Shown here: piece by piece, positions 27,373 to 37,079 of the stretch
How positions within the stretch are numbered: the stretch's first letter is position 1
How the letters are laid out: each line of letters opens with the position of its first letter
NCBI GenBank assembly: GCA_050014835.1
Contig: JBEKCO010000004.1
Location: 1 to 62,308, forward strand
DNA length: 62,308 nucleotides
Reading direction: 5' to 3'
Source of the DNA: Acidimicrobiales bacterium
Lineage (GTDB): Bacteria; Actinomycetota; Acidimicrobiia; Acidimicrobiales; Bog-793
The notes under the pieces: generated by a model
Told to the model about the DNA's origin: nothing
Seen by the model: only the letters and a program-made list of their open reading frames with translations
Database searches by the model: none
Program-made: the position numbers and the translations under genes

Positions 27373-28386
27373 TCATCTCGCCCGAGCGTCGAAACGCAGG
27401 CGGACGTGGCCCGCGAGTCGGCCGGCGAAGTACGACGACAAGAGGGCCGAGTCGGCGGCGGTCGCGCCGAGGAAGCGGACGGGGTGCGAGCGCGCCTCGA
27501 ACTTCCTCGCCACGTGCGCGACCGAGAGCAGTGCAAGGCACGCGACGGGCGCGGCGAGGCGTCTCGTCGAACGCCTCCCGGTCAGCCACGGGGCGACGAC
27601 CGCGAACAGCATCAGGGCGAGGGCGACATCGGGCTCGCGCACTTTGCCGTACCGCTCGAACTGTCGCGACGCCCCGAGCCCGCTCTCGAACAGCCACCGG
27701 AACTCGTCACGGAACGTCTTGTGTTCGCGGTGCTCCACCCGGAGGCCGGGGACGACCCCGCGGACGACTCCCGCGGCGTCCATCTGGTGGTCGAGCGCGA
27801 CGTCCTCCCCCTCGCGTAGCGCCTCCTCGTAGCTGACGTGCTCGAAGACGGTGCGTCGGAAGAGCGCGTTGTTACCCGTCGTGCGCGTCGCGCTGGCCAC
27901 GACCTTCGGCTGCAGACCGAACTGCCGCGCCAGGAACCCGACGTCACCGTCGGGAACCGCGGTGCCGCTGACCACATCACGACCCTCGAGATGCTCCCGG
28001 CAGCGGCTGAACCAGTCCGGCGGCAGCACGATGTCCGAGTCGACCATCGCGATGAGCTGGCCCTGGGCGGCCCCGACACCCGCGGCGCGGGCCGTGCCGC
28101 GTCCGAGATTGGTCGGCAACCGCACCGTCCGCAGTTCGGGAACCCCGGCGGCGACCTGGGCGATCACGAACGGTGTCGCGTCGTCGGAACAGTCGTCAAC
28201 GACCACGATCTCGAAGGCGGGAAGATCCGACTGGGCTGCGATCGCCTGCAGGCAGTGTTCGATTCCGACGGCCTCGTTGTGGGCGATCACGACGAACGTC
28301 ACCACGGGGGCGTCGCCGCGTACCGACTCGGCCGATGTCGCGCCCTTCGACGCGCCCGAGCGGGACCCGCCTGGCGGCGCGCTCAT
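27373..28386 (-). CDS. GT2 glycosyltransferase
   Basis: IAHNEA, VVDDCSDDAT, MVDSD, GED. Confidence 0.9.
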   Translation of the reverse strand: MSAPPGGSRSGASKGATSAESVRGDAPVVTFVVIAHNEAVGIEHCLQAIAAQSDLPAFEIVVVDDCSDDATPFVIAQVAAGVPELRTVRLPTNLGRGTARAAGVGAAQGQLIAMVDSDIVLPPDWFSRCREHLEGRDVVSGTAVPDGDVGFLARQFGLQPKVVASATRTTGNNALFRRTVFEHVSYEEALREGEDVALDHQMDAAGVVRGVVPGLRVEHREHKTFRDEFRWLFESGLGASRQFERYGKVREPDVALALMLFAVVAPWLTGRRSTRRLAAPVACLALLSVAHVARKFEARSHPVRFLGATAADSALLSSYFAGRLAGHVRLRFDARAR

Positions 28387-29621
28387 GAGGCGCCCTGACC
28401 CTGACCGGCCAGCACAGCGCCGTTCGTGCCCTCGCGAAAGCGGTGACGACCACGAGAGCGGGCCGCCACTGCGCCGGCGAGCACGCTAGCGAACTCCTCG
28501 GCGGCCGGTCCCCAGTCGTACTGGGTCAACCAGGCCTCGGTTGGCCTGTTCTGCCCGGCCTGGTCGGCGAGAGCCCGGCTGATCGCCGCGGCGAGCGCGT
28601 CGACCGTCGGCTCGGCGAGGTAGCCGCGCCTCGAGCGCGCCACGAGGTGAACGGCGTTGTTGTCCGGGTGCGATGTCGTGACGACGGCGGCGCCACAGGC
28701 GAGCGCCTCGAGCACGGCGATCCCGAAGCCCTCGCGCACGGACGGCAGGACGAAAACGTCCGCCGCCCTCATGAGGGCGAGAATCTCCCGGTGCTCCGCA
28801 ACGTCGGACCGGAAGCGCACGCGCCCGTCCAGCCCGGACGCCGCGACCTGGCTCATGAGGTTCTCCCGCTCGGGGCCGCTGCCCACCACGAGCAGCCGCA
28901 CCTCCCGGCCGGTTTCGAGCCTGGTGAGGGCGTCGATCAGCAGGTGGACGCCCTTGTGCTTGAGGAGCCGGCCGACGAAGAGGAGTTCGGCCGCCTCGCC
29001 GACGTCCGCGGGGGTCGTGTTGGCGATGAGCCCGAGGTCAATCGCCGGTTGGACGACGCGGATCGGAATGGAGTTTCCGACCTCGGCGCGCAATCGATCA
29101 GCGGTGCCGGCCGACACGACGAGGATCTCGTCGGGAAGCCGCATCGCGCGCCGCTCGATCCACCAGGCGATCCTCCCGGGGAGGCGCCCGAGGTAGCCCT
29201 CCCAGTAATCCCGCCCCCACACCTCGTACCAGGTGACGACGAGCGGCTTCCGCCGCAACCTGGTCACCAGGCGAAGGGTGAACAGCTGCAAGTGTGATAC
29301 GTGGTCCGCCTCGACGACGTCGAAGGGTCGGGTGATCATCCGCAGGCACGCCAGGGCGAAGACGATCGCCTCCCACAGCGACCGACGCCCCCCGCTGTAG
29401 AGAGGCACGAGCGGGCAGATGGCCCGGTGCTCGACGCCGTCGATCACCTTTGTGCGTTGGCGTTCCGGCCACCAGTGCATCGAGTACACCGTGATCGCGA
29501 GGTCGTGGTGGAGGCGCGTGGCGAGCTGGTGGTAGCGGGTCTCCTTGCCACCGCGGTGGTAGGGATAGACCGCGTCGCTGACGAGCGCGACCGAGATGGG
29601 CTTTGTCGGGTGCGTCTTCAA
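28383..29621 (-). CDS. GT4 glycosyltransferase
   Basis: YPYHRGGKE, GRLLKHKG, PSVREGFGIAVLEA; TTG start inferred. Confidence 0.9.
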   Translation of the reverse strand: MKTHPTKPISVALVSDAVYPYHRGGKETRYHQLATRLHHDLAITVYSMHWWPERQRTKVIDGVEHRAICPLVPLYSGGRRSLWEAIVFALACLRMITRPFDVVEADHVSHLQLFTLRLVTRLRRKPLVVTWYEVWGRDYWEGYLGRLPGRIAWWIERRAMRLPDEILVVSAGTADRLRAEVGNSIPIRVVQPAIDLGLIANTTPADVGEAAELLFVGRLLKHKGVHLLIDALTRLETGREVRLLVVGSGPERENLMSQVAASGLDGRVRFRSDVAEHREILALMRAADVFVLPSVREGFGIAVLEALACGAAVVTTSHPDNNAVHLVARSRRGYLAEPTVDALAAAISRALADQAGQNRPTEAWLTQYDWGPAAEEFASVLAGAVAARSRGRHRFREGTNGAVLAGQGQGAS

Positions 29622-29640
29622 ACCGGAAGGGGAGTCCTTC

Positions 29641-30441
29641 TCAGATTTCGGCCTGCATCCGCGAGGGCGACCAGAGGGCCGGAGCGACACGAGGCGCCAT
29701 CGAGCGATCACGCTCTCCGTGGCGGACACGGCCGCGTAGACGCACCTTCATGAGGACCACGAAGCAACGCACGGCGTCGGTCGTTCGGATCTTCTTGCCT
29801 TCCTCGCGGGAGCGCCCGACATAGGAAGCTGGAACCTCATAGGGCCGGAAGCCGAGCCGCAGCAATTCCGCGCTGATCTCCGTGTCGAGCCCGAAGCCGT
29901 TTTCCTTGAGTTTCATCTGACGCAGAAGCGGTAGGGGAACGAGCTTGAGGCAGGTGTGGAGGTCCGAGATCGCCGAGCCGTACATGACGTTGGCGGTCAT
30001 CGTCATGAGCCGATTGCCGACGGAGTGGAAGAGCGACGGGAACGTCGTCCCTGCGCCGCGCACCCGAACCCCGTAGACGACTTCGGCTCGCCCGGCGACG
30101 ATCGGCGCCACGAGATCCGGAATGTCGGCCGGGTCGTACTCCGAGTCGGCGTCGAAGACGAGCAGGTGGGTCCCTGTGGCCCGCTCGATGCCGCTCAGGA
30201 TCGCGGCGCCCTTACCGCGGCGGACGGCGTGCCGCACCGCGACGTGCGGCAACCCGTGAAGGGTTTCTACCGAGTGGTCCGTCGAGCCGTCGTCCACGAC
30301 GATGATCTCCAGCTCACCTGGAATCGGCTGCTCGACGAGTGCGTCCACGACGTCGCGCACGGTTGCAACTTCATTGAAGACCGGAACGACGATCGAGAGT
30401 TTGAGCCTGGTGTGAGTGTGATCCGCGATGTTTATCGCCAT
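29641..30441 (-). CDS. Polyprenol-phosphate glycosyltransferase (DPM1/Ppm1-like GT2)
   Basis: VPVFNE, DDGSTD, GKGAA, DADSEYDP, FGLDTE, SYVGRSREEGKK. Confidence 0.88.
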   Translation of the reverse strand: MAINIADHTHTRLKLSIVVPVFNEVATVRDVVDALVEQPIPGELEIIVVDDGSTDHSVETLHGLPHVAVRHAVRRGKGAAILSGIERATGTHLLVFDADSEYDPADIPDLVAPIVAGRAEVVYGVRVRGAGTTFPSLFHSVGNRLMTMTANVMYGSAISDLHTCLKLVPLPLLRQMKLKENGFGLDTEISAELLRLGFRPYEVPASYVGRSREEGKKIRTTDAVRCFVVLMKVRLRGRVRHGERDRSMAPRVAPALWSPSRMQAEI

Positions 30442-30826
30442 TTGCCGCAATCCCCCGAGGCGTCTCAAGAACCACTGAAGTGCCAATGCGTCAAAGGAGA
30501 TCCATCGCTCACGGCAGCTCGGCTGGACGAAGTGGAAATCACCCTCCGTGGCCAATTCCCCACGTCGGGGGGTCGATCCCATCCTCCCATCTCGTCCCAG
30601 CGTCCGTGCCGTAGAACTTCTATCGCTCCTTCTCGGGAAGACGATAACGGCGACGACCCGGCGTCCAGTCGGTAACCGGAAAAAATCTCGGCCCGTCACG
30701 GGCGCGTCAGGGATTCCTCCGGCCCGGCCGCCGTGTGTGGTGGTCGCACGACGCGTCGTCGAACACCGAATGCCCTCATGAGCGGCCGAGTTCAGCCTGC
30801 TCGAGCGCACAAAACCGGTCCAACAT

Positions 30827-31468
30827 TCATGCACGGCACCGCTCGCGCAGCTCCGCCGCGGCGCCTCGAGGGTCCTCGGCGGCACATATCGCCGCCACGA
30901 CGGCGATCCCCACCGCGCCGGCAGCGGTCAGATCTGCCACGCGTTCAGCCGTGATGCCACCGATCGCGACACACGGGACGGGGGAGAGCGCGCAGACCTC
31001 CCGCAACGCCTCGATGCCCATTGGCGGCGCGGCATCGGTCTTCGTGGGCGTCGCGAAGATCGGTCCGACCCCGAGGTAGTCGACCGTCCCGGCCGGGAGT
31101 CGCGCGGCAGCCTGCGCCTCTGAGACGTTCGTGACCGACCATCCGATGATGAGTTCTGGCCCGGCGACGGCGCGCGCCAGCTCAGCGGGGAGATCCGACT
31201 GACCGAGGTGCACCCCGTCGGCTCCCACCGCCAATGCAACGTCGAGCCGATCGTTCACGACAAAACACACGCCCGAGCCTGCGAGGATGTCGCGCAATCC
31301 CCACGCCGCGTCGACGAGCTCACGGGTCGTCGACGCGTGATCCCGGAGCTGCACCGCGGTGGCGCCGCCCGCCACGGCCGCCCGCACCGTCTCGGTGACG
31401 CCGCGGGTTCCGCAGGCTTCCGCATCCGTGACCAGGTAGAGCGTCAGGTCCAGCCCGGGACGGGTCAC
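30827..31468 (-). CDS. thiE: Thiamine phosphate synthase
   Basis: LYLVTD, QLRD, NDRLDVA, GVHLGQSD, TPTK, AIGGI. Confidence 0.96.
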   Translation of the reverse strand: MTRPGLDLTLYLVTDAEACGTRGVTETVRAAVAGGATAVQLRDHASTTRELVDAAWGLRDILAGSGVCFVVNDRLDVALAVGADGVHLGQSDLPAELARAVAGPELIIGWSVTNVSEAQAAARLPAGTVDYLGVGPIFATPTKTDAAPPMGIEALREVCALSPVPCVAIGGITAERVADLTAAGAVGIAVVAAICAAEDPRGAAAELRERCRA

Positions 31469-32265
31469 GCGGGAAGCGCCTTTGCCGAATCGGCGAGCGC
31501 GCCGAGCTCGTCGATCAGCGAGACGGCGAACGTGCCGGGCCCCGGATTGTTGCTCGCGGCGCGCTCGCCCGCGATCTTGAAGAGAGCGGACGCCGCGGCG
31601 GCCGCGAAGAGCACGTCATTGTCAACCGCCAGGAAGGCCGCGATGACCGCACCGAGTGCACATCCTGTCCCGGTAAGCCGAGTCATGAGCAGGCTCCCGC
31701 CGGGCACCGCGAGGACATCGGTCCCGTCGGTCACGTAATCCACCTTGCCGCTGACCGCAACGACGCAGTTCCGCGCGTGGGCGAGGACCGTCGCAGGCGC
31801 GATCGCCTCTTCGGAGTCCGCGAGGGTGTCGACGCCCCGGCCGGCGACTTCAGAACCCGCGAGACTCATCACCTCGGAGGCGTTCCCCCGCACCACGGTC
31901 GGGCGATGTTCCAGTAACTCGGCCGCAAGACGGGTGCGGTAAGGGAGCGCGCCCACTCCCACGGGGTCGAGCACCCACGGTCGGCCCCGTCCGTCCGCGG
32001 CGGCAGCCGCAGCGCGCATCGCAACCTCACGCTCTGCCGACAGCGTCCCAAGATTGATCAGAACGGCCGCGGCAGCCTCGGTGAACGGGCCTGATTCCTG
32101 GGCATTCTCGACCATCGCCGGCGACGCGCCGATGGCGAGCAACACGTTCGCCGAGGATTGGGCGACGACGATGTTCGTCAGGCAGTGGATCAGCGGCTTC
32201 TGCTCTCGGACCTCGCACAGAGCGGCCGACACGCGGGGATCGGCCCAGGTCAGCTTCGTGTGCAT
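31465..32265 (-). CDS. thiM: Hydroxyethylthiazole kinase
   Basis: LIHCLTNIV, ANVLLAIGASPAM, INLGTL, LDPVGVG, RGNASEV, TGTGC. Confidence 0.96.
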   Translation of the reverse strand: MHTKLTWADPRVSAALCEVREQKPLIHCLTNIVVAQSSANVLLAIGASPAMVENAQESGPFTEAAAAVLINLGTLSAEREVAMRAAAAAADGRGRPWVLDPVGVGALPYRTRLAAELLEHRPTVVRGNASEVMSLAGSEVAGRGVDTLADSEEAIAPATVLAHARNCVVAVSGKVDYVTDGTDVLAVPGGSLLMTRLTGTGCALGAVIAAFLAVDNDVLFAAAAASALFKIAGERAASNNPGPGTFAVSLIDELGALADSAKALPA

Positions 32266-32271
32266 CGATGA

Positions 32272-32348
32272 CGTCCCTCCGCTCGTACGAACGAGATCAG
32301 TTCCACAGGTGTCTCTCCGCCCGTTGGCGCCAGGCACGCTGGTCCGTG
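32272..32348 (-). promoter_or_regulatory. TPP riboswitch (divergent variant) upstream of thiM
   Basis: Minus strand: GTGCC..GGCGGAGAGACACCTGTGGAACTGATCTCGTTCGTACGAGCGGAGGGA; the 3' end contains the SD; TAGTGT -10 at 32358-32353. Confidence 0.8.
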
Positions 32349-32500
32349 ACCAACACTATCGACTCACTGGAAAAGGCCTAGCCACTTGCCATTCGTCTCC
32401 CTCGGCGTGTCCGGCGGACGCGGGCCCGCCGGGCGACCCGAGACGGTATGGGAACCGAGTGCTGCAGCCGGGTCGGCGCGTCACATCGGCGAGTGTTCAC

Positions 32501-32518
32501 TATTATGAGTATGGCTCA
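32501..32518 (+). promoter_or_regulatory. Putative -10 and MarR operator
   Basis: TATTAT overlapping the TGAG-N5-CTCA inverted repeat upstream of the marR gene. Confidence 0.4.
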
Positions 32519-32560
32519 GTGATATTGATGGCGGATTCCGGGCGCGATGAAAGAGGCCAC

Positions 32561-33070
32561 ATGGCGATTGAAGGACCGAGTGCCCGTCGAGACGAGGTCG
32601 CGTCACAGATCGGCGAGGCCGTGGCGCGAATCTCACGGCGCCTGCGGGCGAATTCGGGCCGCCGGTTGGCGCCCTTCGGCCTCACGGATGGCCAGGCGCG
32701 CGCCCTCCGGATGGTGGGCCGCGCGCGCTCGCTGCTGCGCATGTCTGAAATCGCCCACCGAATCCAGATCGTCCCCCGCTCGGCGACAACGATCATCGAA
32801 GGATTGGAGGCGAAGGGGCTCGTCGTCCGCGAGATCGACCCCGACGACCGGCGCTCGATCCTCGTCCGCATGACCGGCGCCGGCACCCGGCTCTACATCG
32901 AGATCGGGCGGGCTCGGGACAAGGCCGCGGTCGAGCTGTTCGGCAACCTGGAGCAGAAAGACCAGGAAGCCTTGCTGGCGCTGCTGGGCGCCGCCGAGCG
33001 GGCGGGCGAATCCGGGCGGGCCGCGGACGCCGGGGCAACCGTCCCGGGCACGCCGGAGCGCCGGCGATGA
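32561..33070 (+). CDS. MarR family transcriptional regulator
   Basis: GLTDGQARAL..MSEIA..LEAKGLVVR..DPDDRRS. Confidence 0.92.
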   Translation: MAIEGPSARRDEVASQIGEAVARISRRLRANSGRRLAPFGLTDGQARALRMVGRARSLLRMSEIAHRIQIVPRSATTIIEGLEAKGLVVREIDPDDRRSILVRMTGAGTRLYIEIGRARDKAAVELFGNLEQKDQEALLALLGAAERAGESGRAADAGATVPGTPERRR

Positions 33071-35043
33071 TGCGACTCGGCGGGGGGGTCGGCCTCGGAG
33101 GCGGGCGCGGCCTGGGCGGCTCGATGCGCTCGCTCATCCAGGATCGCTCGGTGGTGGGGAGCAAGGTTCCCAAGGGGACCGTGCGCCGCATCCTCCGGTG
33201 CCTTGCGCCCTACAAAGGGAAACTCACACTCTTTTTCGTGCTCGTCTTCGTGGACTCCTCGATCGGCGTGGCGGTCCCGCTCATCTACCGGGCGATCATC
33301 GACACCGGGATCGGGCACCGCGACACACGACTCATCGTCGTCCTCGCGCTCGTCATCGCCGGCCTCGCCGTCTTCGACGCCGGCCTGTCGCTCGGCGAGC
33401 AATTCTGTTCCGCCCAGGTCGGCCAGGGACTCATCTACGACCTGCGTACGCGGGTGTACGCGCACATCCAGAAGATGTCGCTCGCCTTCTTCACCCGCAC
33501 CCAGACCGGGGCCCTCGTCAGCCGGCTGAACAACGACGTCCTCGGCGCACAGCAGGCGACAACGGACATCTTGTCCTCGGTCGTCGGCAATCTGCTCAGC
33601 GTCGTCATGGTCCTGACCACGATGCTCATCCTGTCCTGGCAGATCACCCTCGTCGCGCTCGCCCTCCTGCCCGCGTTCGCGATCCCGGCCCGCTACATGG
33701 GGCGCCGCCTCGGGGCAATCACCCGCGAGGGCTACGTGCTCGCCGCCGACATGAACTCGACAATGGCGGAGCGGTTCAACGTCGCCGGAGCCCTCCTCGT
33801 CAAGCTGTTCGGCCGCCCGGGGGAGGAGGAGCAACTCTTCTCGGGCCGGGCAGGTCGGGTGCGCGACATCGCGATCCTCCAATCGCTCTATGCCCGGGTC
33901 TTTTTCATCTCGCTCACCGTCACAGCCGCGCTGGCCACCGCGCTCGTGTACGGATGGGGCGGCTCGATGGTGGTCCACGGGGTCCTCGAACTCGGCACGC
34001 TCGTCGCCATGACCGCGTACCTCAGCCGCCTCTACGGACCGCTCACCCAGCTGTCGAACGTGAACGTCGACGTGATGACGGCCCTCGTCTCGTTCGACCG
34101 TGTCTTCGAGGTACTTGACCTCGCGCCGATGATCACGGAACGAAAAGACGCGCGCCCGCTGGCGCACGGTTCGGCGACGATCGAGTTTGAGCACGTCGAT
34201 TTCAGCTACCCGACCGCGAGCGAGGTCTCCCTGGCGTCACTCGAGTCGGTCGCCGTCCTGGAGACGACCGGGGCCCACCAGGTGCTCCACGACGTCACGT
34301 TCCGCGCCGAGCCCGGCGAGCTCGTCGCGCTCATCGGGCCGTCCGGTGCCGGCAAGACAACGATCACGCACCTCGTCGCGCGCCTGTACGACGTGACCGG
34401 CGGCGCGGTGCGGATAAATGGCCTCGACGTGCGCGACGTGACGCTCGATTCCCTTCGGGCGACGGTCGGCATGGTGACCCAGGACGCCCACATGTTCCAC
34501 GACACGATCCGCGCGAACCTGCTTTACGCGAAACCGGACGCAACGGACGCCGAGCTGCGCGAGGCCCTCGACCGGGCGCAGATCCTCACGCTCCTGGACG
34601 ACCTGCCCGAGGGGCTCGACACCCTCGTCGGCGACCGGGGCTACCGACTCTCGGGTGGCGAGAAACAGCGCATGGCGATCGCCCGGCTGCTCCTCAAGGC
34701 GCCGGACGTCGTCGTCCTCGACGAAGCGACAGCGCACCTCGACTCGGAGTCCGAGGCCGCGGTCCAACAGGCCCTGCGAACGGCGTTGACCGGACGGACG
34801 TCCCTCGTCATCGCGCACCGTCTCTCGACAGTGCGCGACGCCGATCTCGTGCTCGTCATCGACGAAGGACGGATCGTGGAGCGCGGAACGCACGACGCCC
34901 TGCTCGCCGGGGGCGGTCTCTACGCCGAGCTCTACCGGACCCAGTTCCGGCAGCAGATCTCCCCGACGGACACCCCCGATGACGACGGCGAGTTCCCGGT
35001 CCTGCCCTGGGACCCGGGAGTGCCGTCGGACGGTCCCGACTGA
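33067..35043 (+). CDS. ABC exporter, fused permease/ATP-binding protein
   Basis: 6 TM domain, GPSGAGKT, LSGGEKQR, LDEATAHLD. Confidence 0.95.
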   Translation: MMRLGGGVGLGGGRGLGGSMRSLIQDRSVVGSKVPKGTVRRILRCLAPYKGKLTLFFVLVFVDSSIGVAVPLIYRAIIDTGIGHRDTRLIVVLALVIAGLAVFDAGLSLGEQFCSAQVGQGLIYDLRTRVYAHIQKMSLAFFTRTQTGALVSRLNNDVLGAQQATTDILSSVVGNLLSVVMVLTTMLILSWQITLVALALLPAFAIPARYMGRRLGAITREGYVLAADMNSTMAERFNVAGALLVKLFGRPGEEEQLFSGRAGRVRDIAILQSLYARVFFISLTVTAALATALVYGWGGSMVVHGVLELGTLVAMTAYLSRLYGPLTQLSNVNVDVMTALVSFDRVFEVLDLAPMITERKDARPLAHGSATIEFEHVDFSYPTASEVSLASLESVAVLETTGAHQVLHDVTFRAEPGELVALIGPSGAGKTTITHLVARLYDVTGGAVRINGLDVRDVTLDSLRATVGMVTQDAHMFHDTIRANLLYAKPDATDAELREALDRAQILTLLDDLPEGLDTLVGDRGYRLSGGEKQRMAIARLLLKAPDVVVLDEATAHLDSESEAAVQQALRTALTGRTSLVIAHRLSTVRDADLVLVIDEGRIVERGTHDALLAGGGLYAELYRTQFRQQISPTDTPDDDGEFPVLPWDPGVPSDGPD

Positions 35044-35207
35044 CCCTTTCGAGCTATCGCTCGTCAACCGCCTCGGTCCGGAGTGCACCGCTCCACCGTG
35101 CGTTGTACTGGTCCGGCCGGGCGGTGCGAGATGTGGGTTCGGACCGACGCTTCCCCGGTCGCAACGGGGAGCACCCGTGATCTCAAGGGGGAGAGACGAC
35201 ATCTCGG

Positions 35208-35811
35208 ATGAAGCTTTGGTTGGGGATTTCCGGTCTCGTGTTCGTAGCCCTCGTCGTCGTGGCGGTCTTTTTGGTTCCGAACAGCCCGGACCTGAACGCG
35301 ACGACCGCGAAGGTGATCGCCTACTGCCACAACTACAAGACGAAGTTGCAGATCACGAGCTACCTCACCGAAGTGGCGATCTTCGTCAGCCTCTTCTTTT
35401 CTCGTATCTGCGTGATTTCGTCGCCACAGCGGCCGGGAAGGCCCTCGCGACCGTCGGATTCGCGGGCGCGGTGGTCTTCGCCGTGTCCGGCGCGCTGAGC
35501 GCCGGGCTCACCTGGGCGGCAACCAACGCCGTCGGGCACGTGACCGGCTCGGTCATGCAGGGACTCAACGTGCCAGAGAACGACCTCGTGTTCCCCCTCA
35601 CGGGCGCGGGCACCGCCGTGTTCCTCTTCGCGCCCGGTCTGGGGATCCTGCGGTGCTGCCGGTGTGGCTCGGTTGGCTCGCGGTCGTGGCTGGCGTCGCC
35701 GCACTCGTCGTCTCCTGGATCGGGTTCATCGAGATTGGCGTCTGGACCATTCTCGCCAGCATCGCCATCCTCGTGCGCGCCAACCGGACGGTCACGACGG
35801 CGACGACGTAG
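35208..35811 (+). pseudogene. Multi-pass membrane protein gene with two frameshifts
   Basis: Hydrophobic reading continues across three frames (MKLWLG..SLFF / YLRDFVA..GLGILR / VLPVWLGWLA..TATT*); shifts near 35400 (T-run) and 35650. Confidence 0.7.
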
Positions 35812-35924
35812 GAGCACGGCCCCTTCGCCGGTCCCGGCCGCGGGACGGCGATCGAGCCAACCGGACGCGAGAACGCCACCGGCTCCAGGGGGGCCTGATG
35901 CCGGTGGCACCTCGTCGGCTGGGA

Positions 35925-37079
35925 CTACTCCTCTTTTTTTTTCAGTTCGCGGTCGATGTGGGCGAGCTGACGCTTGGCCCGTTCGATGGGCGCCGACAGG
36001 TGCGACGCCGTCTCGTCGAGCGCCTTGCGGAAGTGCTGGTAGGCCTCGGCGAACGCCCCTTCGAGCTCGTTCGCGTCCTCGAGCATCGACACGATGAAGC
36101 GACGCCGCACCTCAAGATCGGCCAGGAGGGCGTCACGACGCTCCGCCGCCTGTTGAACGAGGGTCTCCGCCTCCTCGTGCGCCTTGGCGAGCTTGGCGGC
36201 CGACTGCGCCTCGGCCTCCTTGCGAACCGCCTCGGCGGCGGCGGCGGCTTCCTCGCGCAGCCGCGTCGTCTCCCTCGCCGCCGTACGGCGGAGGTTCTCC
36301 GCCTCCTTCACCTTGGCGGCGGCCTCTTTCTCAGCTACCTCGGCGGCGGCATTCGCCTCCGCGATCCTGGCGGCGGCCTGCGCCTCCGCCTCCTTGCGCA
36401 CGGTCTCCGCGGCGGCGGCGGCCTCATCGTTGGACCGCGCGGCCTCCTTGACGGCCGCCGTCCGGATGTGCTCGGCCTCCTTCACCTTGGCGGCGGCCTG
36501 CGCCTCCGCGTCCTTGCGCACGGCCTCCGCGTCGGTCGCGGCGGCCTCGCGCAGGCGGGTGGAGTCCTGGGCCGCGGCGTGCCGGAGCACGTCCGCGTCC
36601 CGCCCCGCGGAGGCGCGCATCGTCTTCACCTCAGCCGCCGCAGCCTCGGCCAACGCGCGGGCCTTCTCGCCAGCCTGCTCGACGGCGCGCATCGCCGTGC
36701 GCAGGATGGTCGCCGCCGCCTCGCTCGCCATCGCGGCGAGCTCGGTCTCGCCGAACCTGCTGAGGTCCGGGGGGGACTCCCGTAATTCGGTCAGCTCCGC
36801 CTCGAGTTTCGAGATGCGGGCGCGCAGGTGGTGCTGCCGCCCGTTCCCGTTGCCCTCCCGGTCGTCGACGTCGCCGTTCATCGGGACCGTCGCGACCCGC
36901 GTCGGCTCCGCGGCGCTCATCGTGCCCTGGACTCCATCGCCGGGCGCGGCGGCGCGGCCGCGCAGGCGAAACCGTTTCCGAGCCGCTTGCGTCGGACTCG
37001 CCGCGGGCGGGACGGCCTCCTTCTTCTCGACGGCGGGCGCTCCGCCCGCAGGAGGGTCCTTACCTTGCGCGACCGTCAT
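35925..37079 (-). CDS. Ala/Glu/Lys-rich coiled-coil protein (DivIVA/FilP/Scy-like composition)
   Basis: Internal repeats AEAVRKEAEAQAAA and AAKVKEAE; GAAGGAAGG RBS. Confidence 0.75.
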   Translation of the reverse strand: MTVAQGKDPPAGGAPAVEKKEAVPPAASPTQAARKRFRLRGRAAAPGDGVQGTMSAAEPTRVATVPMNGDVDDREGNGNGRQHHLRARISKLEAELTELRESPPDLSRFGETELAAMASEAAATILRTAMRAVEQAGEKARALAEAAAAEVKTMRASAGRDADVLRHAAAQDSTRLREAAATDAEAVRKDAEAQAAAKVKEAEHIRTAAVKEAARSNDEAAAAAETVRKEAEAQAAARIAEANAAAEVAEKEAAAKVKEAENLRRTAARETTRLREEAAAAAEAVRKEAEAQSAAKLAKAHEEAETLVQQAAERRDALLADLEVRRRFIVSMLEDANELEGAFAEAYQHFRKALDETASHLSAPIERAKRQLAHIDRELKKKEE

